From: Marsupella aquatica | Lineage: Eukaryota; Plantae; Marchantiophyta | Direction: 5' to 3' | DNA length: 64,000 nt | Assembly: GCA_973895155.1 (NCBI GenBank) | Contig: OZ316896.1 | Coordinates: 8,329,539-8,393,538, forward strand | Shown here: one piece after another, positions 38,047-51,600 of the stretch | Numbering within the stretch: the first letter of the stretch is position 1 | How the letters are laid out: the number at the start of each line of letters is the position of its first letter | Position numbers and translations under genes: made by a program | The notes under the pieces: generated by a model | What the model was told of the DNA's origin: nothing | Databases searched by the model: none | The model's input: only the letters and a program-made list of their open reading frames with translations

Positions 38047-39358
38047 ACCTGCCCGCGACGTCACCTGATATAAATGATTTTTTGGGTTGGTTTTTTTCAG
38101 TCTCTCAACAGCCAGATTGGGGGGGCAGAACTGGCCATTGGGAAAATATAAAATTCTGTGACTTGAGTGTGTGGGCTAGCAAGTGACCGTGCTGCACACT
38201 TTTCAACCTTTCCCTTAGAGCCTATACACTGTCTGCCTTAAGACACCCTACGGGCTAGATTCAGTCCCCCTATTTATGTACACACTAGAATAATCATTCT
38301 CACCTATGCTCGTTGGCTGGCTGTAAGTTATGAATTGCCATCTTTGGAGGAAGATATCCTCACTTTTTGAGGAATTTGGCGTCTTCACCAATTGATCAGC
38401 CAAAAACACTTCATGGTCTCGCTGTCCATGGTCTTGCTGTCTCTGCCTTACCGGATGCCCTCCTTGTCTCCTAGTTATCCATGCCTCACCAAGCTAATTG
38501 TGCCATGAGAATTGGGGCTAGTTGGTTTGACTACTTGGTTTTCTTGGGGTTTTCTAGAGCCCCCAGGCTAGACAATCTAGACTATTCCTCTTCCCGACTC
38601 TCCTTTGCAGTTTATTTGTGAGCTTTCCCAGACGTTTCAGTTTAGTTTGGTGTTAGTTCCTTCGTGGTGATGGGGAACTCTTGGGCTTTGGTTTTCTTGG
38701 GGTTTTCTCTTGTTTTCTCCCTTGTATTGGTTCTCTTGCTTTTGGGTGGTTCCCTTGCTTTTGGGATCATGTCTCCTGGTTTGGCTCCTTTTGTTCTTTG
38801 GTAGTCTGACACATGTAATTAAGTGAGGAAACTAGGGTTTCCCAAGCTAGTGCAGGCTCTAGAAAAACAATCCACAAGTTCATTCTTGCCTTCCAATAGT
38901 CTATCCACAGTGACAAATATTGGGTGACCAGGGAAACAGAGGTTGCCTTCGTCACTGGTATGATTTTTTAATTTGTAGCTTTCTTAACAATCCAAATTTA
39001 AAATGTGTCAAAAAGTGGTCAAATAAATAATCAATAGTGTTAAAATTAACAAATGAAGGTCCCTTTTGCACCTAGCTTTGCTGAGACTAATATGGGTAAC
39101 ACCACGTAATGAAAAGTTGATTCTCGAAGGGCAGGGTGAAAGGGGCATTGTCCTACAAGAGCACATAGTGTTTCATTTGGACATCCAAGGGTACCCAAGT
39201 GCTTAAAGTGGCATGGCTTTCACCCTCCCAGCCAAGGTTTTGAATCTGGCACATCCTATGTCTGGGTGGCCTGGTGCTCACCTGCCTCTTCTCCCTGCCA
39301 CTGGATACTTCTCGAATAGACAAAAATACTAATATGCCCCTAGAGCTCAGTGCCTAGG

Positions 39359-39694
39359 GAATCCTTTTTTCTGGCAAAAGACGGCCTGATAAAGAAGGGA
39401 TTGAACGAGAACCCCCACTGTCTCAAGAATCTCTTTTTCCTGGCAAAAGAGTGACTGGTAAAGAAGGGGGTGAACTACTGTAGAACCCTTGCTATCTCAA
39501 GAAATCTCTCTTTTTCAGGCAAAAGAGGGAAATGCTAAAGAATGGGGTGAACTGAAACCCTGGCTATCTCAGGAAACTTTTTCAGGCAAGAGAGTGAATG
39601 GTACAGAAGGGGGTGAACTAGAACCCTCACTATCTCAAGAATCTCTCTTTTCTGGCCAAAAAAAAACAATTGGGAAAGAAGGGAGTGGATTTGA
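39359..39694. repeat. Diverged minisatellite, about 5 copies of about 70 bp, in TE-like DNA
   Basis: Unit consensus GAATCTCTTTTT(C)TGGCAAAAGAG...AAAGAAGGGGGTGAACT.GAACCC...CTATCTCAA. Confidence 0.85.
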
Positions 39695-42600
39695 GGGGAA
39701 CCTGGATTTGTTTTTCTTGAGACCCTTTCTACTCTTTTCCTCCCCTTCATTGGGTTGCTTTGCCCTTGCGATCATGTCTCCCGGTTTGGTAGTTTTTGCC
39801 CTTGGGCACTGTGATATATAACCTGGAGGACAACATGGGGAGGACGAGGAGGGAAAAGAAATTGTGGGTATTCTTTATGGGGAAATTGGAGAAAATTTAG
39901 GAACAGAAACAATCTTGGGGGGAGCACAGCATGTGTCTTTGGAGTGGTTCAACAGGGACTCCAGAGAATTTCACATTCTTCCTCTTGTTTATCTGTGAAC
40001 TCTCTGAACAATGTTTCAACTCACCTGTCCTTCTTACATTGCCCCTTTCAAACTTGCCTTATATTCTTCCATGGCTCCTTTTTGAATTCCCACCTAAAAG
40101 ATATGGACCTAAACTCTTGCTTGCCAGAAACTGACCTTGGGTAGGGGAGAGGTCACCAGTCCTCTCAAGCAATGGTTCCCTCTACTCACCAGTCCTTATT
40201 AGGGGGTCTAGTGACTAAGAATTAGATGGACCTTAACACCGTAGTTTTGGGTTACAAACTACTAAATTCATAATCCATAACTTTTTGCCATGAAGATTGG
40301 TTGTATGCCATTATCCTTAGTTGATGTACAAGCCAGTGAAAAAAACAAAAACAAACTTTTACATAACATTGTGAAAAAATTATGACCTAATCATCATCCA
40401 TGATTTTGAAGCTTTGAGACACCCTAAGGCACAAGTAATGTCTCTAAGTGCAGGGGCCACACCCTAAAGAAAGCGCTACTGAGGAGCAGACTGACTAGAG
40501 TGGAAGAAGCACCTCAAGAAGACGAGGAGCCAATAAATTTATTGATGACGAGTGGGAAAAAAGCGGGAGATGGAACACAATGGTGCTCCCCTCCAAAATT
40601 GCCATCGAAATTCAGTGCGGGGCAAAGCAAGAAACTAGGGAAACGAATGATGCCGCGTTGGAAGAATTGATGGGCTTAAATTAACGATACTCCGTAGTTA
40701 TTAAGTTTCTCCAACCCATAAAAAGAGCATTGAGGGATTGCGTCATTGAGTGAGGGGACTAGAGGAGGAAACATCGACGAAAATAGGAATGCCGGAATTA
40801 ACGCTAAAGCCCTCTGAGTGCCTGACAGAGCCGAAGAACTGTAGCTCACTCGAGCGTCGAGCTCCAGTGAGGCTGTGAGTATCACAACGTCGTGTACTCG
40901 TGCCTATAGTATGATTGTGATTATCTCGCTAGTGCGTTAAGTTAACTGCTGATTGAATAACAAAACCATCACTGTACTTGACTTCGGAGGCAAAGTATCG
41001 TGTCCTCAGTTTAGAAGCATGGTGAGTGGCGACTACAGTGCCTGAGTGCGGCTCTATTATGTCACAGCTCCTGATGCGTTTTGTGGATAAGTTGCATCAC
41101 TCCTGAGCTCGCAGCAGCAGAAGCAGCAGAAGCAGCAGCCAGTGCCATGTGAGCGTATCATTGGATTTCATGGGAAACGGAGGAGCAAATGGTGGAACGA
41201 GTAAGACAGCGAGGAAATGGTGGATTGAGGAAGACAGTGAGGAAGACAGGAAGTGGTAGTACACTGGTATATTGCACCAATGCTGAGCTCGCAGCAGCCA
41301 TGTGAGGGGCAACATGCGAACATCGGATCTCAGTGATTTCAGGAGCAACGGAGTAAAGTAATGGTGGAGAGTACAGCGTACAGGCATCGCCAGTGCCGCT
41401 GGCCCGCTGCAGTGTACCTTTTTGCCTGGGAGGGAGCTTTGCTGTTCTGTCCAGTGCAGCTGAGCTGCTGAACAAAGAGTACAACAGCCAGCCAGCTATG
41501 GGGGTCCCATTCGCCCTGAAGAAATTATGAGGTCGACTCCAAACAAGGAGTGTCCTGTAAAGTGTGGTATCTGGGTGCTGAAGAAGAAGATGCTCAAACA
41601 ATTTTTCTTATCTAATTTTCTTAGAATTAATTCTGACCGTTGCATCTCCTGAGATTTAATAATAACCATCAGATTTTGGCTATTAGGTCTTGCTCGGTGT
41701 GAAACTGAACGCAAAAAATCTGGACTAATTTTTGCCAAAAGTGGAGAGAGATACATTAGCCTTTTTTGCCACTTTACCAAAACCCAATTCTACTCCATAT
41801 CACTTTTGAAAGTGGCAAAAACCTGCTGATATAAATCACAGGCAACTATTCTCAACAATGGAAGACAAAAAATGTTTTCAGAACATTTGGGGAGATGTTC
41901 TGAAAAAGGAGCTCAGATGGGCCGTGTCAGTGAATCTTGGGAATCTCGGAACCCGTTGTATCTCTGTAGCTTACACTCACAAATGTAACAAAAATACACT
42001 AAGTAGATATGATCGAATAAAACAATCTGGTTGGGATGTCCAAATAAATATTCTGGGGTGTTATTCCAAAATTTGGGCAGATTGGGACCCAACTCTGAAA
42101 ATATACTTGATATAGGTGTTTTCTATGGTAACCTTGGGGCTGCTACCGCACTGTATTCTTATCCCATTAAATCATTTTTGACTTGTTTTTGACACGAAAG
42201 AAACTCAGGGTAGTTGTTCCTAATTTGGACCCCATCAGAAGTACAGTAGAATTTTTGCACTCAGGCCCCATCAAGCAAAATTCACATATGTCTATCACCA
42301 ACCTATTTTTCTTTCTACATGATAATGTTTCCATATGTAATCTAGAGTTCATCGGAGTTGCAAAAGTACATGTAAACATATTTACCAACCTTGAGGTCCA
42401 TGTGGACTTCTTTTATAACTTTTCCCTCCTCCACCACCAAATCCAGCTGCCCCCTACCATACGGCCATAACCTCCTGCCCAAATCCCCGGCCGTCCGACC
42501 GGGTAGCACGGCTATTGGCCAGCGGTGTCCCCTGACCGGCTGATCGAGTTGCCCGAGGCCGAGCAGAAAAGGCCTTTTGCTGCCCGGTCTCCATGATTCC

Positions 42601-43907
42601 ATCTTGGGAAAGAGGGCACGTTGTTTAATTGACCAAAGATCCATTTCACTATTCCATTTTGTCCTTGTCCTGTCTTCACGAGAAGCAATCCTTGTTGGCT
42701 TTCTATAACTATGTACAGTCCAAAGAAGGAAACTGGTACAGTAGACTAGTAGAGGATGATGAGCAGGCATCCCGTTCAGATACGATCCCTGCACTGCTGT
42801 TTTCTACTCGCTTGGTCGATCGAATTTTTTGCTTCCCATACAGAAGTACAGATAGCTCACAATAATTCATTTCACACATAAGTTTTAAGTATTTTGTCAC
42901 CAAAAATGTTCTAATTAACAATATTGTAACTATTTTTTTATTTATAAGAATATCACATTTTAGAATATGGATGAGAAATTTACCAAGGTAATGGGGGAAC
43001 TACATAAGGACATACAAAAACAAATAGTGACAATATTGTTTTTAGTGACAAATGTATTTCAAAACCAGGTATTTGCTTGATGGACTCCCAAAATAAAATT
43101 TGTTACTTGATAGAATCCCATGAGGTTTATCAATGGTCCAGATCTGAGATTGAAAGGTCCATCAATAGTCCAGATTGGGGAAAAATATCGAGGGGTTGAT
43201 TAAGCAAACTTTTTCCAGAAGAGAGTCTACTAAGCATATCTCTCATTTAAAAAACTGTTTCAGATATTCCACATTATCTTGAATCAAAACCTTTGAGTAT
43301 CTCAGAATTCTCAATATGGGTCTCAAATCTCAAAAATTTGATGGATAGCTCCATGACAAACAACAAAATTAGTGACTACCAAAGTCATACTCCCATACTT
43401 TTTTGTTTTAAAAAGTGGTAGTATGTCATGAACATAACTCGCTGTAGATGCTAATTACGGACCCCACTAGAGGTCCCTTCCAAAATTCCTGGCATCACAG
43501 TGTGCCATGTCATCAACAACTGTAACAAACAAGACTCGTCAGTTTTGTGAATCAAACTTATAATTTTCATTCGTGTTTGTGTCAATTTGGGTGTAAATTT
43601 TGGGACGCCGTGCCATAAAAAAAAAAGTAAAAACATTGGAAATGCAAAGAGCAAGACGGTTAAAACTGTCACTATGTAACCGTTTTAGTTACATTTCCAA
43701 TTTAAAAATTTAAATTCAAAGATTTATAAAAAGTATTTTTCATATAATAAATAATGACTAATAACTAACTTGATAACTTCCTTGTTAAACCGTAACTCCC
43801 GGTATGTAAGGACCTCTCGTATTGTACGGCCATTAATGCTGGGAAGAGCACATAGAAACCCATGATCGGGGAAGAGGAATGGCTGGAATCCTAAAAGGTC
43901 ATCGAAT

Positions 43908-43976
43908 TTTATACTCAAAACTATTTACTCATTCTCAAAATATTTTATACTCAACACTATTTACTCATTCTCAAAA
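43908..43976. repeat. About 35-bp tandem duplication
   Basis: TTTATACTCAA.ACTATTTACTCATTCTCAAAA twice. Confidence 0.85.
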
Positions 43977-46900
43977 CAAAAAATACCCAGTCGTAGATCT
44001 CATTGAGATCTTTCTTTTGCACCCTAGATCGCCTTCTAACATGGATGAATAAGATTTCTAGAGGCATTACAAAATGGACGGCAAAGATCGTAAAATCAAC
44101 AAAATCGACGGCTAGGAAGGCTTGGATTTGTTTAATTTTTCATTTGAAAAATATTAACCCATTTGCAAAATGGACAGAACTCATCCATAGATCTATTTGA
44201 GATCTTTTTTTTGAGCCATAGATTGGCCATTATGATGAACGGACGAGATTTCTGGAGATAAGAAATGGAGACGGCTCCGATCGACTCTTCCCCCCTGATT
44301 TTATTAGCCAAGGGGTCCACTAACTAATTCATTTATTTTTACATAGCCCTATGAAAAGCCCTGTTAGTTCACCATAAGGGTTGGCTTAAGTTTCTATTTT
44401 CCACAAAAAACAGGATTTATAAGTAGGATGCATTTTGTGAGAAAATCAACCAAAATATTGCCCATTAGTTTCCATTAGAATAAACTTCCATAAAGCAGTG
44501 GTATTTCACACAGTACAATCATTTATGCGAAAGAGCGTATCCTTTTGGAGAACTGTTGAATATTAATGTCATCTCATTACTTGGCCTGGCCATCTATGAC
44601 TCAAAACTAAAGTAGATCATGAAGTTCTACTTTCCACACAAAATTGTATCTGAAGTTGATATCTTTCAGAAATCACCAATAGATATTTGGTTTAAACCAC
44701 TGGTTTCTGTATTGTGTAATAACTCCTGCTAAGCATTTCACATTCCAAAAATATATCATATCTCTGGGATTTTTTTGGATCAGCCAATAGTTCATTGTAG
44801 GGGGGCAACATACGGCTCAAATGTAGGTCTTAGAGATCTACAGTAGGTTCGAAAACATGTCATATTTTTGCAAGGATATCCAGAAAACGTTTTTAGGGTA
44901 TGAGTGTCATATGATGGGAAGTGATTGGGAGGCCTGCAAGCAGGTGTACTCCCTTCATCTAGGCAAATCAACAACGGCAGGTAACACACATGGCAGTTGT
45001 GCTTTAAACTCCCTTGTCCATTTTCAAAAGCTGGTGGATCATAGCCAACTTAATAATAAGTCATTAATGTTCTTTTAACAGAGTATAAAAAGTGGGCCAA
45101 AGTGCTTATTTTGTCCTCCCATAACTTCTTGGACAGCGGTGGTTTTTGAAGAAAAAAAAACTATTTTCTTGGCCATAATCATCTGTCCCCTCCGTTTTCA
45201 AAATTGACGGTCATACTTCATTCAAGCCTTTTTGAGAAAGTCACCTATAGCGACAAGGGAGTGCCTATGTGACGAGAACTGCAAGGTGAAAGTACTGTAC
45301 ACAAATGACACAAGCCTCCCTTCCAACCAAACCAACTACAGTACTTTACGGAAAAACATCCCTTCCCCTTGTTTCCCTCCTAAAGTGATAACTGTCGACG
45401 GGAAAAGAAGAATCATATCTCTTTGGGTACTGTTTTGTTGCAGAATATAGTACAACTAACTTTCCTTTTTTGAAAGTTAAGAACCACGGGCGTAACATAT
45501 ATATAATACTGCTAAGGAAGGAAAGGCAGGAGACAGGATCCCAACAAGAGACCCAATAATAGGAAGAAAACAAGGGGAAAAAGGTAAGAACACCAAAGAG
45601 CCAAAAATCAAGCTCCAAGATCCTGTAGTAGAGTCATCAAGAGAAATTTGTCTAGAATCTCTAAAACCAAGGGTCTTGACCCAACAACGAATAGCGAATT
45701 CTTGAGCTCTCTATAGTAATACATACACCAGATCATATCTAAAGAAAGCAATGTGGACACAAAAGGGACATAAGGCATACCTACAAGGGGGTAAGTTTTT
45801 GTGGCAAGTAGTTGGTTTCACCTTGAGTTATTGTGTTTTATGTGAGGTAGTTGGTTTATTTGAAAGGAGGTGGAGGTTTTGTTAGGTTTAACTCTAGTCT
45901 TGGGTTAATTTAGTTACAGAGGCTAGATAGTGAATTAGGGTGTTCAGGGTGAATAGTTGCGATTCTAGTATCTAGCATATAGAGGAGCTAGGGACTCCTC
46001 TTGGAGACTCACTCTCATTGTTGAGGGAATAAGCTAGGTGCTAGGAGGAGAGTTTATGCCATGTATGCTTGGTGTGGCCGACGGGCCTAGAGTATACTAA
46101 AGCTCTTGCGTGCTCCCGTGTATGTAACCTCAGAGGAGGTGAACCACACATTTGTCTTGTCAATGCGCATGTTTGTTGGTTGTACACATGCTTGAGTCTT
46201 TTCTGGTACTTTCTCATTTCTAATTTTAGCATCTTGCATAGTTACTGAGTTCCCCAAATCCTCCAAGAAATCTCTGATTCCATGGGTTGAACAACAGGTT
46301 CCTGCACAAAGAGCTCAAGATAAGACGTCAGACTCATTCTAAACATACAGTCTTGTGTATACAAAAGAGCATCTCATATCTCACTAGTTTACCATAGGAA
46401 CCAATCCCCAAATCAATCTACCGCTCCAATGTAGATCTGTGTTTCTTTTTTGCCTGGAAAAACCAAACAAAAAATCCTTTCAAGTGGCCAGAATACAAAA
46501 CGGGGGGCCCAAAAAAGGATCACCACCCAAAAGGACCAGAAGGTCAAAGTGCCGGGCTGGGGAAGCCCATACCAGGAAAAGAAATGTAGATCTGTGTTTC
46601 CTCACAAATTGCATCTAACACGTTTCATATTCTTCAAGAAATCACAACGAAAATTTATTAGGGTAATGGGTTAGTGATGGGAAGGGAGTGGGAGAGCATG
46701 AAGGAGATGTCTACTGTTCACCAAGGCAGATGAATGGCCTGTCAATGGGGCCCTTTTTTATAGTAGTGACTGGATGTGATATTATGATTTAATTATGTAT
46801 GTAAAAGTCCATATGTTCATACGTGACAAGGATATCAATGACTACGAAATTTGGAGCACACGTGACAAGGTATGAATGAAGATGAAATTTGGACTATAAC

Positions 46901-48007
46901 GAAAACACTTTCTCCTGTTTGTGCCAAAAACGAGTGCCTCAAAATCAGCTACAGTAGGTTGCACCAAAACACCCGTTCCAGCCATGCAAAAAGCCATATG
47001 CACAACACTCGTGGCTGGAGAAAAGTCTTCTGACATAACACTTTCCTCGCGGGAAGTATGGCAGAATTGGGGCAGCAGTTTGGGCTGGCATCTAAAGGCG
47101 TAGTAGTCTACCGTAGTCAGTGTTTCTTGCTGGCAAAAATTCACCAAATTCCACCACACTGGAAGTATTTGCAAACTCTTTTCATGAAATTTAGTATATT
47201 TTCCCTTAGATTAGCATTATAAGGTTTCCCCATCAGCCAGAATCTGACGTTATGAAACTGAAACCATGTTGGACCACCATGTCACTTATACCACATTGGG
47301 CCGTCCCCTAGGAGTTTGGGGCCCATAACTTTTTGATTATAAATTCTAAAATAATTTTTAGTTTTGCAAGGAGGAGACCCTAAATCCACCTCAGCATTTA
47401 TGATAAACAATTCAACCAAAATAACCCAAAATTCACTCTTGCTTTGATGGAATTATAGCTTACCTACTCTCATATATTGCCAAGAAATATCTAAATTTAT
47501 TCGTATCAAGTTAATGTAATTAAATTCTCAAATTTCGGAATATATGGTACATGGTTAGCAAAGACCAACTTTGGATCCATTGGGCCTTTAAATTCTCCCA
47601 TTATGATAGGTGTATCAAGGCCAAAATTCGATCCAAGAAAATGAAATGAGGAATCTTCTTAATATTTTTCACACTAAATTACCAAAAGCAAGTGCCCTTC
47701 GCCACCTTGGCGAAAACGGGAACACCTTAGAAACTATCCTGATACAGTGATACTGGTCAACAACGATGCCCGACTTCCCGTCATTAGAGTCGTCACAGTC
47801 CTTGCTGTAGGGGCCGCGCCACTGCCCGAGTATCGCGCGAATATCCTGGGTCCGTACATAACCTTGTAGGGTGGTGGTGCTATATTGTATTTTCTGCCTC
47901 CCTAGATCCTAGTATAGGCTGTAGGGCTTGCTGTCCCCACTTGATTCAGTGCTATAACGCCACATAGGTGTAAGTTTTAACGTTTTTCCCCTTTCAGCCG
48001 AAAAGCG

Positions 48008-48430
48008 AATGTCACCTTGTGTGACGTCGATAAGGCTCAGATTCCTTATCTACTTTCCTTAGATAACTTTCTTGACCGTTGGATCTTCCTAGTTTTAAGA
48101 ATGATCGTCCGATTGTGGCTAGTGGCGTCCAAGATAGAAAGCATGATGAATTTTAGCCAAAAGTGACCGAGACTCTTAGGTGAGGAGGAATTTGTTGAAT
48201 TTTTGCCAATGAAAAAAGCAGGTCCTAGACTTCCACACAGGGTGAAGCTTTTTCGTTTTGGCCACGGTGGCAAATGTCACCTTGTGTGAAGGAGAAGGTC
48301 ATTTTGCCTTCGGTAGATCTCACTATATTTTAGGATTATTGTCAGATTATGGTTAAAGTGGTGTGTGGCTATGCGGGAAACTCCAAGACAAACAGCCTGG
48401 CAATTTAGGCCAAAGTGCTCAAGACTTTGC
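48008..48430. repeat. Old diverged tandem duplication (about 230-265 bp period)
   Basis: AATGTCACCTTGTGTGA at 48008 and 48273; colinear degenerate blocks follow both copies (GATCT...TTTTA.GA.T.AT.GTC.GATT.TGG; CC.AAAGTG..C.AGACT). Confidence 0.6.
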
Positions 48431-48618
48431 CGTGGGTCGCCACAAAAGACATCCACAAACTTTTTACAAAAAAGGGTCAAACAGAGTACAAAAGAATAAA
48501 CAAAAGAGGTCCCAAATGGGCAAAACCAAATGCAAAAGAAGTGAGCAAAAGAAAACTTCTAAGAACCAAGAAAGGGGAACTAAAACGACTGCAAATGAAC
48601 CGAGGTCCTTAATATTCC

Positions 48619-51600
48619 TAGCTAATGTGGCTAATAGCTAATGGTCCACATCAAGTGTCGAAACTAAATCGACCAGTGGGACTGGAATGTCCTCTAGGGG
48701 GGCTAGCCGCTGCGGAGGCACACTAGCACCCACTGTTAGAGATCGACAATGGATGGCCCGAGCTTGAGCACGCTATAAGGTGATTGAAATGCGTTGGCGA
48801 AAGTGCGTGGTCAAAATAGATAGTGGGGGTCCAGTGGGACCCATCCGAACATGAACATCCCGAGCAACTTATCGAAGAAGCCTGTCAAATTGATGGTGGA
48901 GATGCCCAAATATCTCAAGAGCAAGGGGGAGGAAGCTATCAGATGAAGCGCGGGCAACATATTTGGCCTCCTTCGTGGTTGCCGCTCGTGACGCCGCTGC
49001 CCCTGCCGTTGTTGTCACTGTCCCGATGATGTCTTGGCGCAATGGGTTTGCCACTACTACATCTGCCAAAGTACGTTGACCCTCACGGACCATAGTAAGA
49101 TCCACCCGTAACCGTTATGATGGAGGACCAGGTAGCTCGAGCACACCTCCCACCACACGTTGACCAAAGAGCCAGAGAGAACCTGAGCAAACGCATCTCT
49201 CACAGCATCATGGACAAAAATGGTTTCGCCGCCCAAACTGCACCAAAGAAGATGGACACCTGTGGCATCACAAGGCTTCCCACAAGTGCAACAAGGAGGT
49301 AAACCAGCAAGAAGTGGGTGGGGCAGCCCCATACGAAGACGCATGGCTGTCGAGAACTCCACTGAAGACATTCACAGATGAGGAATGATTGGATTGGCCT
49401 GAAGCCATCCTCCTGCGCCCTTCCCTCCGGAAGAAAGAATCTGAGCTCGGTCCATGTCATGTGCCTTGGTGAGGATGCTGGAGAGGGTGAAAGCGTGCAT
49501 ACGCCCAACAAGGTCTGCCTGAAGACGGACGGGGTCCAAGGATAAAAACTCCTGAAATGAAGGTAACGCAGCTCGGACGGGATCTGGTAATGATGATCGC
49601 ACTGCGCGCAAATGAACCTGGAATGGGAGGGAACCCTCCTCTACCTCCATGAGAGACAAAAGTAAAAAGGGTCAATCCTCAGTAAGGAAATGATCTGCCA
49701 ACAATGAGAAGGTGGCCGCCCACACCCCCAAAAAGGCCAAAGGTGCAAGGCGCTCAATGGAAGTAAGCCCAAACCCGCCCTGAGAAATAGGAAGACTGAG
49801 CTATCGATGAAGACACTGAGATAAGAGCAATGTACCCAGCCCTAAAAGAGAGGCCAAAGTCTCTCGAATGGAGACATTAAAATGCTCGAAGGTGGCACTA
49901 GTAGAAACCGGCATGGATCATGACCCAACCACATATGACTGGTTTGACCACATTCCATACACTTCACACGTCAGTCATATTTATATGACAATATCCGACT
50001 TTTGAGTCATTATCAAGACATTATAAGACAACATAATATATTAACATTTTCAGATTATGACCAATAAGTCATACTTAGTCCCAAAATAATGTGTAGGAAG
50101 GATGCTAGGGCTATTATAGTCACTAAACCGACTGAAGAATTGCGTTTAGGGTAGTTATCATTACCACGTTTGGCATACCGTTTGCATCGGTAAGGGTATC
50201 TCAACGGGTCTTGTACCACCTATAGCTCAATCTATTTCCCGATCCCACAGTCGCGCGACGATCAGCAAAGGGGAACAACTTTACATCGACGTTGGTCCAA
50301 TTGTGGGAAAGACTCTGCCCTAAATTCACTCCCACACTTACACAACTTCCGTTGCGAGTGAAGTTTTCTCTTGGGATGTTCAATCGGGTAAGGCAAACTG
50401 CACCTCACTCGCACATTCGTGGTGGCCCCAGTGGATCTTCTCCCTTCACAGTTGCCTCGTTCCGATTGTGAGTAAGCGCGACGATCAGCGAAGGTGTGAA
50501 CAAGAGCTGTGGGAAGGTGTGCGCAGCTCCTTTTTGTTGTGGTTGCACAGTGTGAGCGCGCTCTTGCAGGCCGTGGCATTTGGGCTCTGGTTGGGGCTTG
50601 GCTCTGAGTCAGCGCTTCAGACAAGGTGTGCTGTGTGGTGCATTGCCAAACTTAGTAACATAATACTGAGGGAGGCGTTGGGTTATCTGTGGTTTTTGAG
50701 AAGGCAGCGGAGCTACAAAGTTTGCGGATGTCCTAGAGTAAGTAGGAGGTTTTCACTTACGGAGTTTGTGGAGGTTCAATGAGCGGAGCTTTCAAGATTG
50801 ACTTGTCGCTTTCATTGACAGGAGTTTGCGGTCATGAGAGCGAGCTACCATTTTGCATCTCTCATCCAGGTCTCTGTTGGCCTTGCATTGTTTGCTTTTG
50901 TGTGGCATGTGCCGCAAGTTGCAGCTGCCTGCTCACTACTCACAAGGTGGGACCGTCAATCTCTTCAATCGCAAACCTATCAACTTGGACCTGAACTGTG
51001 GATGACCTGCGCTCATTCTTCCTTTCAGCAAGAGTGCGAGTAAAAAGAAAGTCGCTTTCAGTTGCATTTGTTGTGGGACCGCCGACAGTTGCGGTGGGAG
51101 CAGATAGTGCTGACCGTCAGCTGTGCAGGCCAAGCGCGAGACAACCCGTGCTGGTGACAATAAGAACGACGCAGTTCTGGGGAGCTCCTAGGGGATCAGC
51201 TGCAACCTTACCTTCTGCACCTTCTTTAGGTATGTTTTGCCTTGAACTTGGCCATGGATGGATTGAGCTTCTTTTAAGTTTGTTTCATTCCCGTCTTCCT
51301 GAAGCGTTGTGTGCTTTCAGACAGTCACAGTCAGACAGTCATAGTGATTACCTGTAGGCAATTGGAATTAGTTTCATTGATTCATTAGAGGTTGGGCTTT
51401 TAAGCTACGGACCCGGATGAATATGCATTGTTGTCATTCAGTTTGGTCATTCCTGTCTTCGGTCCAATGTTCTGTATGCTACCCATTTTTTACCGCCACC
51501 TTATTGTGCACATTGCAGCTCCATTCACACCACATTTGGCATTGCAGAGGTCCTTACGCCTTATCTGGAACCTCACATTCACACTTGCCACTCACACCAT

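Noticed and set aside
37504-38064. 186-aa minus-strand ORF with repeated TLFHKRTKWIFET
   Set aside because: Non-ATG start; the repeat derives from the 36-bp duplication and the rest is CT-rich leader-like sequence.
39359-39694. Regularly spaced repeats as a CRISPR-like array
   Set aside because: Whole units are homologous with no unique spacers; eukaryotic context and no cas genes.
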